This document shows, one piece after another, positions 51,913 through 64,000 of a DNA stretch of 64,000 nucleotides. A model generated the notes under the pieces. The model searched no databases and had not been told where the DNA came from. It saw nothing but the letters and a program-made list of their open reading frames with translations. This stretch comes from Octopus vulgaris (taxonomy: Eukaryota), in NCBI GenBank assembly GCA_951406725.2, contig OX597833.1, forward strand, positions 39,184,001 to 39,248,000. The letters are read 5' to 3'. Made by a program: the position numbers and the translations under genes. The stretch's first letter is position 1; each line of letters starts with the position of its first letter.

Positions 51913-54382
51913 TCTATCAATTTCTTTGGTCAAACTGCTATGTTACGAAGATGTAAACACATTAACACCACCTATTAAGTGGACAAAGACAGATGGACAA
52001 AAACAGATACAAAGACACACAGACACATACAGATACACAGGCACACATATATATGATGAGCTTCTTTCAGATTCCATATACCAAATCCACTCACAAGGCA
52101 TTGGTCAGCCCATAGCTACAGTGGAAACATTTGACCAAGGTGCCACGCAGTGGGACTGAACCCAGAACTATGTAGTCAGGAAGCAAGCTTCTTACCACAC
52201 ACCACGCCTTTGCCTATTGAACAATAAAAATAATTTAGAAGAATAAATAATTTGGAAGAAATGCATCAATGACAGTAGTAACTCACGTGATTCCAAATAC
52301 TGCAGACCATTCTTATAACAGCTGTACAATGGTAAACCTTCCTTCAATGCAAAATGAAAATATTGAATTTTTTTATCTATCACAGTTACAAGGAAAATAT
52401 GTAGATAGATGGATCTTGTGAAACCAAATGGCATTTTTGTGTCATAGCAGAGAGCAAAGAGAAAAATTAGATATCTTTACTTACAACTGATGGAAGCAAT
52501 TTAAACTCTCTCTTATGTCAAGCTGTACAGTAGGCTATCCAGGTCATTTCAGTAAAGCATATATCACATTAGTAAAAGGCAAAATCTCTGGCACTATCTG
52601 CTGCACCTATAATATGAAAGACACAACCAACACACAGGCTAGAATTGTTATACATCCCTCTGACTGTACATTTATGCTCCAGTACATGGACCAAAGAAAC
52701 TCAAGAGTCACAATAAAAGACATCAGATACAACGTAGATCCAGTAGTAAGGAAATGAAGAAAAACATGCAAACTTGAGAGAAACTCAGAATTTGTATGAA
52801 GAGACAGCAAGAAAGCCACATTGGTAGTGGCCCAGAATCTTTGGAGAAAATGGCTAGGAGAACACCAACATGTTGGTTTCAAATTTTGGTAGACGGTCAG
52901 TGATTTCAGGGAAAAGGATACATCGATCCCATTGTTCAACTGGTACTTATTTTACTGATGCTGAAAGGATGAAAGACAAAGTTGACCCTGGGGACATTTG
53001 GACTCAGAACAAATACCAAGTCAGAAGAAATACCAATAGACATTATTCCCAGTGTAGTAACGATTCTCCCAGCATGCTGCCTTGGAGAACACTAGCATAT
53101 TGGTGCCTGTGAGTTAAGAGCTGGGACAAGTTAAAATTACTACACATTTTCAAATGTAAGAATGCTTGAGAAAGATATGGAGTGACATGGACTTCAGTTG
53201 AGCTGGGCAACATGGCAGTATTAAAGTGCAAAATTTTTCTCAGAAGCACATGTTTTGTGGTACTTTTTATCCCGTGCTGGAGCAAACATTGTTGCCCTCA
53301 TTGCTACTCAAATGAACAGATGATGATGAAAGTAAAAGTGTTGGATGTTCCACCAGAATTGTGCATCAGGTGGACAGTTGTATGTGTTGTCCTTGAGGGA
53401 GGGCATATGCTCCTGTTAGTAAAAAGACTCCAGAAAAATTGTCGAGCATTGCATTGATTGTCCTAATCCAGGTAAACCAGATAACTTGGAGAGAATTCAG
53501 TACCTAATAGAGCTCCCAAATAAGTACCAAACTGCATGTTATGACAGACAACGGAAGACCTATGTATCACATATAGTTGCATTTGAGAGCTCTCTGTCCA
53601 TAACAACAGAAGACAAGCTGTTTGAAAATAATGAAGAGCTTAGTAAAAAGATAAACAAGCATTCCATCATTAAGTTTGTATGTAGAATATCAATCAACGT
53701 AAAATTTTGATGGACAGTTTGAAATTAGACCCCCTTTGAAACAGAAAGTTTTTTGTTAAAGAACCAAGAGCCATCTCAGGCTGTGATACTAGGGCTGGTT
53801 ACAAAAGGGTTAAAACATGGAAGACAATAATACAGGGTTAAGATGAAAACAGAGTGATACAGTTCAATGAAAAAGTATGTAGTTTTTTGAATGGGCATGT
53901 ATATGTGTATATGTTATATATATATAATAATATAAATAATATATAAATATATGCATATATATATACACATATATGTACATACCAACATATATATGTATAT
54001 ATACATGCATATACATATGTATATATATGTATATATAGATGCATATATGGGTACAGGACATCAAAAAAATGTTGAACACAATGAGAAATGAAAACATAAA
54101 AACAAAAACATCAAAAACAAACTTTTTTTTGAACAACGAAAAACACAAACAGAGAAATGAGACAGGCAACATAAAGAATATTCCCCTTCATCAGTTGTCC
54201 CTGTTTCATCTACTCTGTGTTTCGAAGGTAAGGACAATACGCGACTTCGTTGAAACAGTCCTTCCCGCAAAGCAAATTAAATAAAATTGGGGATTTTTTG
54301 CGGAGGGTGAATGGGGTAACAAGAACAGGACAGTGAGAACAAGACAGTAAAAGCAAACGGTTAGGGCTGTTAAGTCAAGACG

Positions 54383-54415
<33 letters not shown>

Positions 54416-54799
54416 CCTGACTATCTCCTTCTTTCTATCTATGTATCTATCTCCCTGTCTCTTTCTACCTATCTATCTGTCTGTTTGTCTGCTTGTCTAT
54501 CTATCTGTTTGTCTGTCTGTCTGTCTATCTATCCATCCATCCATCCATCCATCCATGTAGTTGATTTGGTACTTCGTTTTTAACCATAAGTGTTGCTGCT
54601 GTTATTCTGGTTGTTGTTGATATTGTTAAAAAGACAAACAAAAGTAGAACAACAAAATAAAATAATTACAAAAAATAAGAAGGAACTATTGATTTTTATC
54701 ATTATATTGCTTATACATACATACATACATACATACATGTATATACATATATACACTGTTGTAGTGCACCTGAGCACTATACACAATAATTTCATTATT

Positions 54800-55053
54800 A
54801 TCATTATTATATATACATATATATATACATCATACACACACACACATATTTATACACACACATACATATAAATATATACACACATATACATACATGTACA
54901 CACACATATATATATACACACACACATATACATATGTGCATAATTATGTGTTATGTGTATATGCGCATAGTTATATGCGCATAGTTATGTAAGTATATAT
55001 ATGTATATATATCATCATCATCATCGTTTAATGTCCACCTTCCATGCTGGCAT

Positions 55054-55087
<34 letters not shown>

Positions 55088-55216
55088 AGAGAGAGAGAGA
55101 TACATAGATAGATATAGATATACATACATACATACATACATATATATATGTATATATCTATATCTATCTTTATACATATATGTGTATGTATATATCTATA
55201 TCTATATATATATGTG

Positions 55217-55247
<31 letters not shown>

Positions 55248-55266
55248 TTATATATATATGCATGTA

Positions 55267-55309
<43 letters not shown>

Positions 55310-55318
55310 GTATCTGTA

Positions 55319-55362
<44 letters not shown>

Positions 55363-55395
55363 TGTGTGTGTATATATATATGTATATATACATAT

Positions 55396-55426
<31 letters not shown>

Positions 55427-55499
55427 CACACATGCATGTATATATATGAATATATATATACATACACACATACATATATATATATGTGTGCATATATGC

Positions 55500-55542
<43 letters not shown>

Positions 55543-55545
55543 TGT
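54800..55545. repeat. (TA)n/(CA)n compound microsatellite
   Basis: Direct inspection. Confidence 0.95.
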
Positions 55546-56123
55546 ATTTGTATATAATCTTCATGCTTTATTATTCTGTATTAATGAAATATTGCCAAAA
55601 GGTGATAAAAATTAATAGAATATAGTTTTTAAATTTATTCAATTTTATTTGAAATTATTCATTTATTTCATTTATGTTTTTCATTGCAATGTTTGTATTT
55701 TTTGAAAGAGGTGGAAGTGGGTGTGTGTATTTACTTTCACTTTTATTTCTATCGGTGTTTGTGTTTTTTTCTCGTTGTTTTTGTTGAGACTGCATTATAT
55801 TTCTGTATTATGTTCATTTTTTAGAAGTATTTTTGTATAGTTTTATGTTTATATTTCTTTTAATATTTATCTCTAATCTGATGTATAAATTTGGAGGAGT
55901 CAGTGTATGTACGTGTGTGTGTGTGTATGTGTGTGTTTGTGTAGGCATGTGATTATATGAATGTGTGCGTATGTCTGTGTATGTGCATGTGTGCATATAC
56001 GTATATGAGTGTGTATGTGTTTGTGTTAATGTGCATATATGTGTGCTTATATGTATGTGAATGCATGTGTGTGAGTCTGAATGTGTATGTATATACTTAT
56101 AAATATATATATATACATACTCA

Positions 56124-56172
<49 letters not shown>

Positions 56173-57881
56173 GGAGAGAGAAAGAGAGATAAACAGAGTC
56201 ACAGATGTATTGTTAAGACATTCACTTTGCAGTAATGTGATTCCTGGTTCAATCCTGCAGCACAGCACTTTCAAGTTTGTCAGTTATGTGTACATGAAAT
56301 TTAGCAGAGAGAACCTGTAGGAAAGGTTGCCATATATATATATGTGTGTGTTCGTGTGTGTATGTTTGTGTGTGTCTGTGTTTGTGTGTGTGTTAGCATG
56401 TGTTCATGTGTGTGTGTGTTCGTGTGCGTTCATGTGTATGTATGTGTGCATGTGTGTGTGCATGTGTGCGTGCATGTATGTTTGTTCCTCCCAGCATCAC
56501 AGGATTGACCAAACTATGCACTTTGCATCATTTTAGCTTTCAAATTATGCTACCCCACTGGCTAGAGGATCAAACCAACACCCCTCGCCCCCTGATCAGA
56601 AGGTTATTTCATTGCAGGGTTACCCCTTGACAGCTGAGTGAACTGGAGCTACATGAAAGGAAGTGTTTTATTCAAGAACACAACATGTTGCCTGGTTTGG
56701 GCCAGTATTGTGCCAAGAAGCTTAACTTAACCATTCATTTTGTGGTCAATGAGATAAAAATCTTTGAGGTCTAATCCTCAGCTCACAGCTTCAGCTAGAG
56801 ATTTATATATATATATATCATCGTCATTGCCACCATTTTCATCATCATCATTTTCTAATGCCCAGCTTCCATGTTGGCATGGATTGGGTGGGTCCAAGGA
56901 CCACATCATGATACAGTATCTGCTTTGGCATGGTTTCTACAGTTGGATGCCCTTCCTAACACCAACCACTTTACAATGCATACTGCTTGCCTTTTTCGTG
57001 CTGCCATCAGCACTATTTAGGCCCCCATGTAGTTTGAATGACTACAGAACCCATGATGGTTTAGATGGGGTGGGGTGGAGTAATTCATGCAAGGAGATGA
57101 TTTATGCAAAGATTGCATCATCCTGGACAAGGCAAGGATCCTTAAAGACTTACTGAACCTTGAATCTCTCTTAAACTCAGGACATAAGATCTACAGCCCT
57201 TTGCCCACTTTGAAATGCTATATGCTGCAGGTGTTGGCTTCTCTGTTCATTGATTAAGGCTGTAAAACACACTTGCAGACTGGAACCTGCCTAGGGGTGG
57301 AGATTCCCTCTTCACCCTTTAGGTCCATAAGATTTGCTGACTGGACCGGTTCAAGGGCAATGACTCGTCCCATTTAAGGCTCAGACTGTGTATATTATTC
57401 TTTTGTTTACAAATTAACTGACTGTAATGGTTTTCTACTTCCAGTTTGAAGAGGGATTATATGCCTGCGGACATTGGAGTCATCAGACTCCAGGGTCTGC
57501 ATATTTGAGTGTGTGAGTGTGTGTAAGTTTATGTATTCTTGCTTTGACATTGCACAACAGTTGTAAATGATTCTCACTGTCATACAAGCAGTGCCTTTTC
57601 ATTTCCAATGCTCTGTGCAAACACGTCTGACCTTGGGGAATTATCAACTTGCTTGGAAACAGCTGAGGGTTTGTGACAGGAAGGACATCCAATCATAGAA
57701 AATCTGCATCTGATACATGCAAGCATGGAAAAGTGAATGTTAAAACTATGTTGAAGATGATGCAAGACCAAGTAAAAGCATGTGTATAGTTAAAAGCAAG
57801 TTTGTATATATATATAATGATAATAGTAATAATAAAAAGCAACAACAAAAGAATGAGACCTCGATATTAGGTTTTATATGT

Positions 57882-58053
57882 GTATAGTTTAAGACAATCA
57901 GTAAGTTGTCTTTATAGTACTCAGAGTTTCGAATGTCAGAGCGAGAGAGCTACGATGCATTAATAGCTGATGAGAATGCTTCGTAGCTCTTCACTGCGAC
58001 ATTCAAAACTCAGAGTACTATAATTACAACTTACTGATTGTCTTAAACTATAC
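57882..58053. repeat. ~170-bp palindrome containing a hammerhead motif (inverted pLTR junction)
   Basis: Arms 57882-57961 and 57975-58053; atag-CTGATGA-gaatg..cattc-aAAA-ctc-a-gag-TA-ctat at 57963-58021. Confidence 0.8.
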
Positions 58054-58408
58054 ATATATATATATATATATATATATATGTAGGTAAAAAGAAGTTTCTT
58101 TCCCAACCTCATGATTCTGGGTTCAGTCCCACTGTGCAGCATAGTGGGCATGTTTCTTTTACTATAATCTTGGGTCGACCAAAGCCTTGTGAATGGATTT
58201 GGTAGACAGAAACTGAAAGAATCCCACCATGTGTATATATAAATGAATAGAAAATGGAGATATACAACTGACAATGCAAAAATTAAAATTTATTAACATT
58301 ATATTCATATTCTTATAATAATATAATATAATATGATAAATAATAAATATTGAATACAAATTACATACGATTGTTTCAATTCTTACCCATAATAAAATTA
58401 TATATATA

Positions 58409-58791
58409 TCTCTCTCTATATAAACGGCAGTTTGTCTGTGCGTGTTTCTGTGTGTCTGTTTGCTTGTACCCTCACTCTGACCACGGCTTTCAACCGATTC
58501 TGATGAAACTTGACACACACATAGCCCAATGTCATAATTCAAAACTAACGCAGCGAAAATTTTGAAAAGTTCCCCCAGTTCTGAAAAATCGATAAATTCG
58601 ACATGGGGTCGAGAATAAGAAACACAAACCACAAACTGTCTAGGGGACGCAACTCCACCTTTTTTAACTCTCAAAAAAAATTTACCATCACTTTTTCCCA
58701 TTTTTTTGCTATTTTTTTGGCTATAACTCTCTAAAAATGCTTTATAGTTATTTCCCTTACAAACCTGAGCAACGCCGGGCGATACTGCTAG
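58409..58791 (+). mobile_element. Non-autonomous Helitron
   Basis: 5' TC(TATATAAA), internal (TCTG)n-like tract, 3' GC-rich hairpin cctgagcaacgccggg (58764-58779), terminal CTAG followed by T; no TSD. Confidence 0.85.
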
Positions 58792-59498
58792 TATATATAT
58801 ATATGAAGAAGCCCATTGTGTATATGTGTGAGTGTGTATCTTTGTGTCCATGTTTGTCCCCCACCATCACTTGACAATTAGTGCTTGTGTGTTTACGTCC
58901 CCGTAACTTAGCGGTTTGGCAGAAGAGTCCAATAATGTATGTACTAGGCTTACAAAGAATAAGTCCTGGGGTTGATTTCTCTGAATAAAAAAAAATCCCT
59001 TTAAGATGGTGCTCCAGCATGGGCGCAGTCAAATGACTGAAACAAGAAAAGGAGTAAAAAACATATACATAAATATATATATATGTGTGTTTATAAGCAT
59101 GTGTAGATTTGTGAATACTTGCGATTCTGAACCTGTGTACAGAAATATGTGTAGCTGTATGTGAATGTGGATATCTGAGTTTGAATTTGGTTATATGTAC
59201 GTGTATATTTGTGTGCTCATGTGTGTGTACATGTGTGTTTTGTGGGTGAGTTAGGGGTGGCATTATTCCTTTGAAGTTTCTTTGAGAAAGCAATTTCTAT
59301 GCATTACAAAATTTTGAAAATGTTTCTGCATAAATGGATCAGATTTGTACATTTAGAATGAAAGAAATAGAAGTGACATACCACACACACTTATGTTCAT
59401 ACACACATGCATGCATACACATGCACACATACGTAGTGTGTATGTACATGTATGCATATTAATATATATATGTGTGTGTGTATATGTATGTAAATATA

Positions 59499-59545
<47 letters not shown>

Positions 59546-60559
59546 ATATAAACATGCTATGTATGTAAATATATTCATGTACGATTCTGATCAAAAGTTT
59601 GAATACACTGATGAAAATAAGGTTATTTTTACTGTAATTGATGATGAAGGTGAAGAGTAATACCAGAATAAGCAGGTAACCTGAAAACAGACACATGTGT
59701 GTCACTGCAGGTGTAGCTGTGTAGGCCCAGGCATGGGTGTGTAGGAGCAGGTGAGGGCATGTAAGTGCAGGTGTGGTTGTGTGGTAAGTAGTTTGCTTTC
59801 CAATCACATGGTTCTGGGTTCAGTCCCACTGCATGGCTCCTTTGGCAAGTGTCTTCTACTATAACCGTGGGATGACCAGAACCTTGTGAGTGGATTTGGT
59901 TTATGGAAATTGAAAGAAGCTTGTCTTGGAGGGCTGCACCAGGTTCCAATCTGATTTGGCATGGATACTCTTCCTAATGAGTGTGATCGTTGCCAGGGCC
60001 ATGTATTGGCTCCCGTGCTGGTGACATAAAAAAGCACCATTTAAGCATGATCGCAGGGTGACTGCTGGTCTTCCATAAACAACTTTGCCCAGACTTGCGT
60101 CTCAGAGGGGAACTTTCTTGGTACAATTCCATCTTCATCTTCATTTTTACTGAAATGACCACCCCATATCATAAAAGATGAGCATTATTTGATTCTTACA
60201 TGTGTATATCTAGGATTATGCACTGAGTTTGGACAACAAATGAAAGAAGCATTAGATGCAAATTGCTTCATATGCTTCATCACTGAATATGACTTTAAGC
60301 CAGTCCAACTTGCTCTAAGTTTTGAGAACCCTCCAAAATTGCTATCAACCCACAATGTTTTTTATTGTGATAGCCTTAATGTTTTTCATGAGATGGTTTC
60401 TAAGCAAATTGTAATGTTTCTGCAAAAGATGTTCTAGTGCTGCATTTTACAGTTGCTGGAAGCTGTTCTTGGATGGCACAACTCAATGTAAATATGAATG
60501 CAATAAAAATGGTGAATTGTGGGATAAGTCTAGAGAGTTGGTCTGTTGAATGATTTGTA

Positions 60560-60885
60560 TCCATTGAGCTGGTGGCACGTGAACAAAACATTTGAGTGAG
60601 GTCATTGCCAGTGCTGCTGGACTGACCCTTGTGCAGGTGGCATGTAAAAAACACCATTTGAACGTGGCCATTACCAGAACTGCCAGACTGGTCCTTGTGC
60701 CTGTGGCACATAAAAGCACCCACTACACTCTCAGAGCAGTTGGCATTAGGAAGGGCATCCAGCTGTAGAAACTCTGCCAGATCAGATTGGAGCCTGGTGC
60801 AGCCATCTGGTTCGCCAGTCCTCAGTCAAATTGTCCAACCCATGCTAGCATGGAAAGCAGACGTTAAAGGATGATGATGATAATG
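60560..60885 (+). mobile_element. SINE family E with internal sub-repeats
   Basis: Repeated ggtggcac(a/g)t..aaaa(g)cacc units; tail gacgttaaaggatgatgatg. Confidence 0.8.
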
Positions 60886-60936
60886 ACTGAGCCAAAATTG
60901 TGTTAAATCTTCCTCAACATCAACAAATGCATTTAA

Positions 60937-61154
60937 CTCTTTAGCATATAGATTTCTATCAAACTTATTGTTTATCTATTCACTTTCTTCTTAATCAATC
61001 ACACATTATTTCACAGCTTCAAGATTTCAATGGCGTGTTTCTATAGTTTTATAATGATATTGTAGGGTATTTGCGAGAGGCTGGATCTAGTCAGTTTTAA
61101 CATAAAACAGGTAGAATATTTGGACTGGATATGGCTGGATTAAATGCTAAAGGG
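60937..61154. mobile_element. piggyBac-type MITE
   Basis: TTAA|ctctttagcat ... atgctaaaggg|TTAA. Confidence 0.85.
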
Positions 61155-62004
61155 TTAACTGAATTGATACCTTCCAGAAAATGAGTCCATTGCCATCTAA
61201 AGCAAGAATTAGAGTATTTTTTTATTGATAATTCTATCTATAAAACATTGATTCTTGCAGAATCTCAAATGTCAAATAAAAGGAAAAAAGAAATAATATT
61301 TCATCATTCATAATATCATAATGCAGATATAAATTAATTAATGAATTAATGAATTAATTAGCAAACAATTAGTAGATAATTAGTTTTTATATTTATATCT
61401 TTTATCTCTTACTTGTTTCAGTTACTGGACTGTGGCTGTGCTGAGGCACTACCTTCAGGAGTTTAGTCAAAAACATTAACCCCAGAACTTAGGTATTTTT
61501 AAAAAAGTCTACTGCTTATTCTACTAGTCTCTTTTGCTCACTCACTAAGTTACAGGAACATAAGCAAATTAACACCTGTTGTCTGACAGTGGTGGAGGAC
61601 ACACACACACACACACACAGATTGGAGGACACACATAAAAACACACACACACAGATATATATATACATACCCGATGCCAATGTTATGTAATTGGCACCCT
61701 TGCTGGTCACATGGAAAAAGTACCCTTCGAACTTTGGGCCTCACAAAAGCAGTGACAAGTTAGCAAGACCTTTGGCGACATCCTGTGCTTGAGAAGACCT
61801 GTCAAGCCGAGTGAGATCGTAGTCATGGCCAATGTTGATGTTACATAACTACCACCCATACCGGTGGCACATAAAAAGCATCCATTACTCTCTTGGAGTA
61901 GTTGGCATTAAGAAGGGCATCCAGCTGGAGCATGGTGCAAATCCCCAACTTATCAGTTTTTAGTCAAATCGTTGAACCTATGCCAGCATATGGAAAATGA
62001 ATGT

Positions 62005-62408
62005 TGCAGGAGTGGCTGTGTGGTAAGTAGCTTGCTTACCAACCATATGGTTCTGGGTTCAGTCCCACTGCATGGCACCTTGGGCAAGTGTCTTCTACTA
62101 TAGCCTTGGGGCGACCAAAGACTTGTGAGTGGATTTGGTAGACGGAAGCTGAAAGAAGCCCGTTGTATATATGTGTGTATATATATATATATAGATCGCC
62201 ATGTTGATTCGCTAGCTTCTGCATGCATTTTTTTTTTCTCTCCTTGTTTCTTTCCGTGTTTCTTTTCTGTGTATCTTTCTGTTGAAGAGCGTAGGCTCGA
62301 AATGTAAAAGACTTGTTTTATTTATATTCCTGAGCGCCATACTAATATAATTGTTTGTTTGTATTCCATCTGCCTTCGTCTTTTGTTTATTTTCATAAAG
62401 CTTCCCGT

Positions 62409-62447
<39 letters not shown>

Positions 62448-62670
62448 GCGTGTGTATATGTTTGTGTGTCTGTATTTTTCCCCCCACCCCAACATCGTTT
62501 GATAACCGATGCTGGCGTGTTTACATCCCCATAACTTAGTGGTTCGGCAAAAAGAGACCGATAGAATAAGTACTAGGCTTACAAAGATTAAGTCCTGGGG
62601 TCAATTTTCTTGACTAAAGCTGGGGCTCCAGCATGGCCACAGTCATATGACTGAAACAAGTAAAAGAGTG
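62005..62670 (+). mobile_element. SINE family A with a solo Penelope pLTR (62193-62409) inserted in its internal (TA)n
   Basis: 62193-62409 is the reverse complement homolog of 34149-34360, including the hammerhead motif at 62274-62311. Confidence 0.88.
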
Positions 62671-63130
62671 ATGAAGATGGTGATATGAATATATGACAGC
62701 TTTCTTTTAGTTTCTCTCTATCAAATCTACTGACAAGGCTTTGATTGGTCCAAAGCTATAACAGAAGACACTTGTCCAAGGTGCTAGACTGAACCTAAGA
62801 ACAACTCTGTGTACATTTACGCATCTTTTTCCTTGCTGGGTTTGGAAGAAGCCTTCACAGTGTCCTAGCCTTCATATACCTAACCACAAATTCATAGAAT
62901 ATATTACAAAAATACCAAATTGGAAAGCCTCCTCATCAACACAAAATCATAAACCACAGAATGTACTTCAGCTGGCAGAGTCGTTAGGACCCTGAGTGAA
63001 ATGCTTAGCAGTAATCGACTTAATCCCTTTGTCTGTCCTTGTTTGTTCTCATCTATGTTTAGCCACTCTGTGGGCAATAAAGAAATATATATATATATCT
63101 ATATACATATCATAATGGGGGCCGGTTTAT

Positions 63131-63191
63131 GGGGTTACCCTGGGTTTCTTGCTCATAACGGGCTTAGCCTTACAGCATATCTTCAGACCCC
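63131..63191 (-). ncRNA. Type I hammerhead ribozyme motif, intact canonical core
   Basis: ggggt-CTGAAGA-tatgctgtaaggctaagcccgttatgagcaa-GAAA-ccc-a-gg-GTA-acccc. Confidence 0.8.
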
Positions 63192-64000
63192 AAACACTGC
63201 ATCATGATCCTCCTCCCCCCTCTCCTCCTCCTCCTCCTCCTCCCCCTCCTCCTCCTCCTCCTCCTCCTCATCATCATCATCACCACCACCACCATCATCA
63301 TAGTTGCTTTAATGATTGTAGGGGTCAAACAAAACTAATACTGAAGCAAATGATTTTTTTTTTGCTGGCTGGATGCTTTTCTTGTTGCTAACCTTTACCT
63401 GTTCCTAAGCAAGGTAATTTTTTTTCTTCAAGTCTATCAAACAACATGATTTTGAGGAGGATGGTAAACAAACGACACACACAATTTGTATGAATGCGGA
63501 CTTTTATTTACTATCCACATGCATATCACAACAAGCAATACACACATACCTCTTTCATTCACATACAAACACACAAAATCAATCCTAAAAGATAGAAAGC
63601 AACAAAGGTATAAGTAAAGAGAGTATAAGTCTCTCCTTCATTAATACTTCCACATTTCTATCTCTATTCACATCTAGTTTTGATGATTAAAACTGGCTAT
63701 TTTGGAAAAGGATTTCAACATTTTCTTTCCTCCTTCTTTGAAATATTAGATAATGTTAGATATTCTTCCTTTCTTAGGCTTCTTTAATGGTTTTCACAAT
63801 ATTCCTTTATTGTAACTCTTTTATTGCTACATTCTTATTAATGCTTTTCCATTGATACTCATCTCTTTGTACTCTATATTTTTTTATGTAGTTATTCATT
63901 ACTACTTTTTAATTATTACCCTGTTATTGCTACTCTCTAAAGCAGTGATACTCAACCATCTTTTCCCTATGGATCCCTTCAATTACAACTTTATTCTGGT

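Noticed and set aside
4256-56630. Many long ORFs of poly-Thr/Val/His/Ile/Tyr-Ile/Cys-Val
   Set aside because: Translations of di- and trinucleotide microsatellites; no domain content
59578-59680. Possible minus-strand exon after a TTTTCAG acceptor
   Set aside because: Weak donor and no recognisable translation

Overview
AT-rich eukaryotic (metazoan) non-coding DNA, dominated by microsatellites (TA, CA, TATC, CAT, CAC, TAA, AAC) and interspersed repeats. The SINE families and simple-repeat load suggest an octopus or other coleoid cephalopod genome (inference from recall, not a search). No intact host protein-coding gene can be supported, and nearly all listed ORFs are translations of simple repeats or SINEs. 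Recognisable content: at least six SINE families (called A-F here), decayed Tc1/mariner/maT and hAT transposase remnants, hAT- and piggyBac-type MITEs, a non-autonomous Helitron and a Helentron-type element. Also present are CR1/L2 and RTE fragments, six R4/Dong-like restriction-like-endonuclease LINE fragments sitting in or next to (TAA)n, a young 5'-truncated Penelope-like element (RT C-terminus plus GIY-YIG), and a 5S rRNA pseudogene. The most notable signal is a set of eight minimal hammerhead-ribozyme motifs from about six unrelated Penelope pLTR-like families, mostly beside TA microsatellites. Two have canonical cores (19446, 63131). Others carry variant cores, including a G3:C8 swapped core inside a 293-bp palindrome (40828-41120). 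Repeat boundaries are approximate unless TIR/TSD positions are given.
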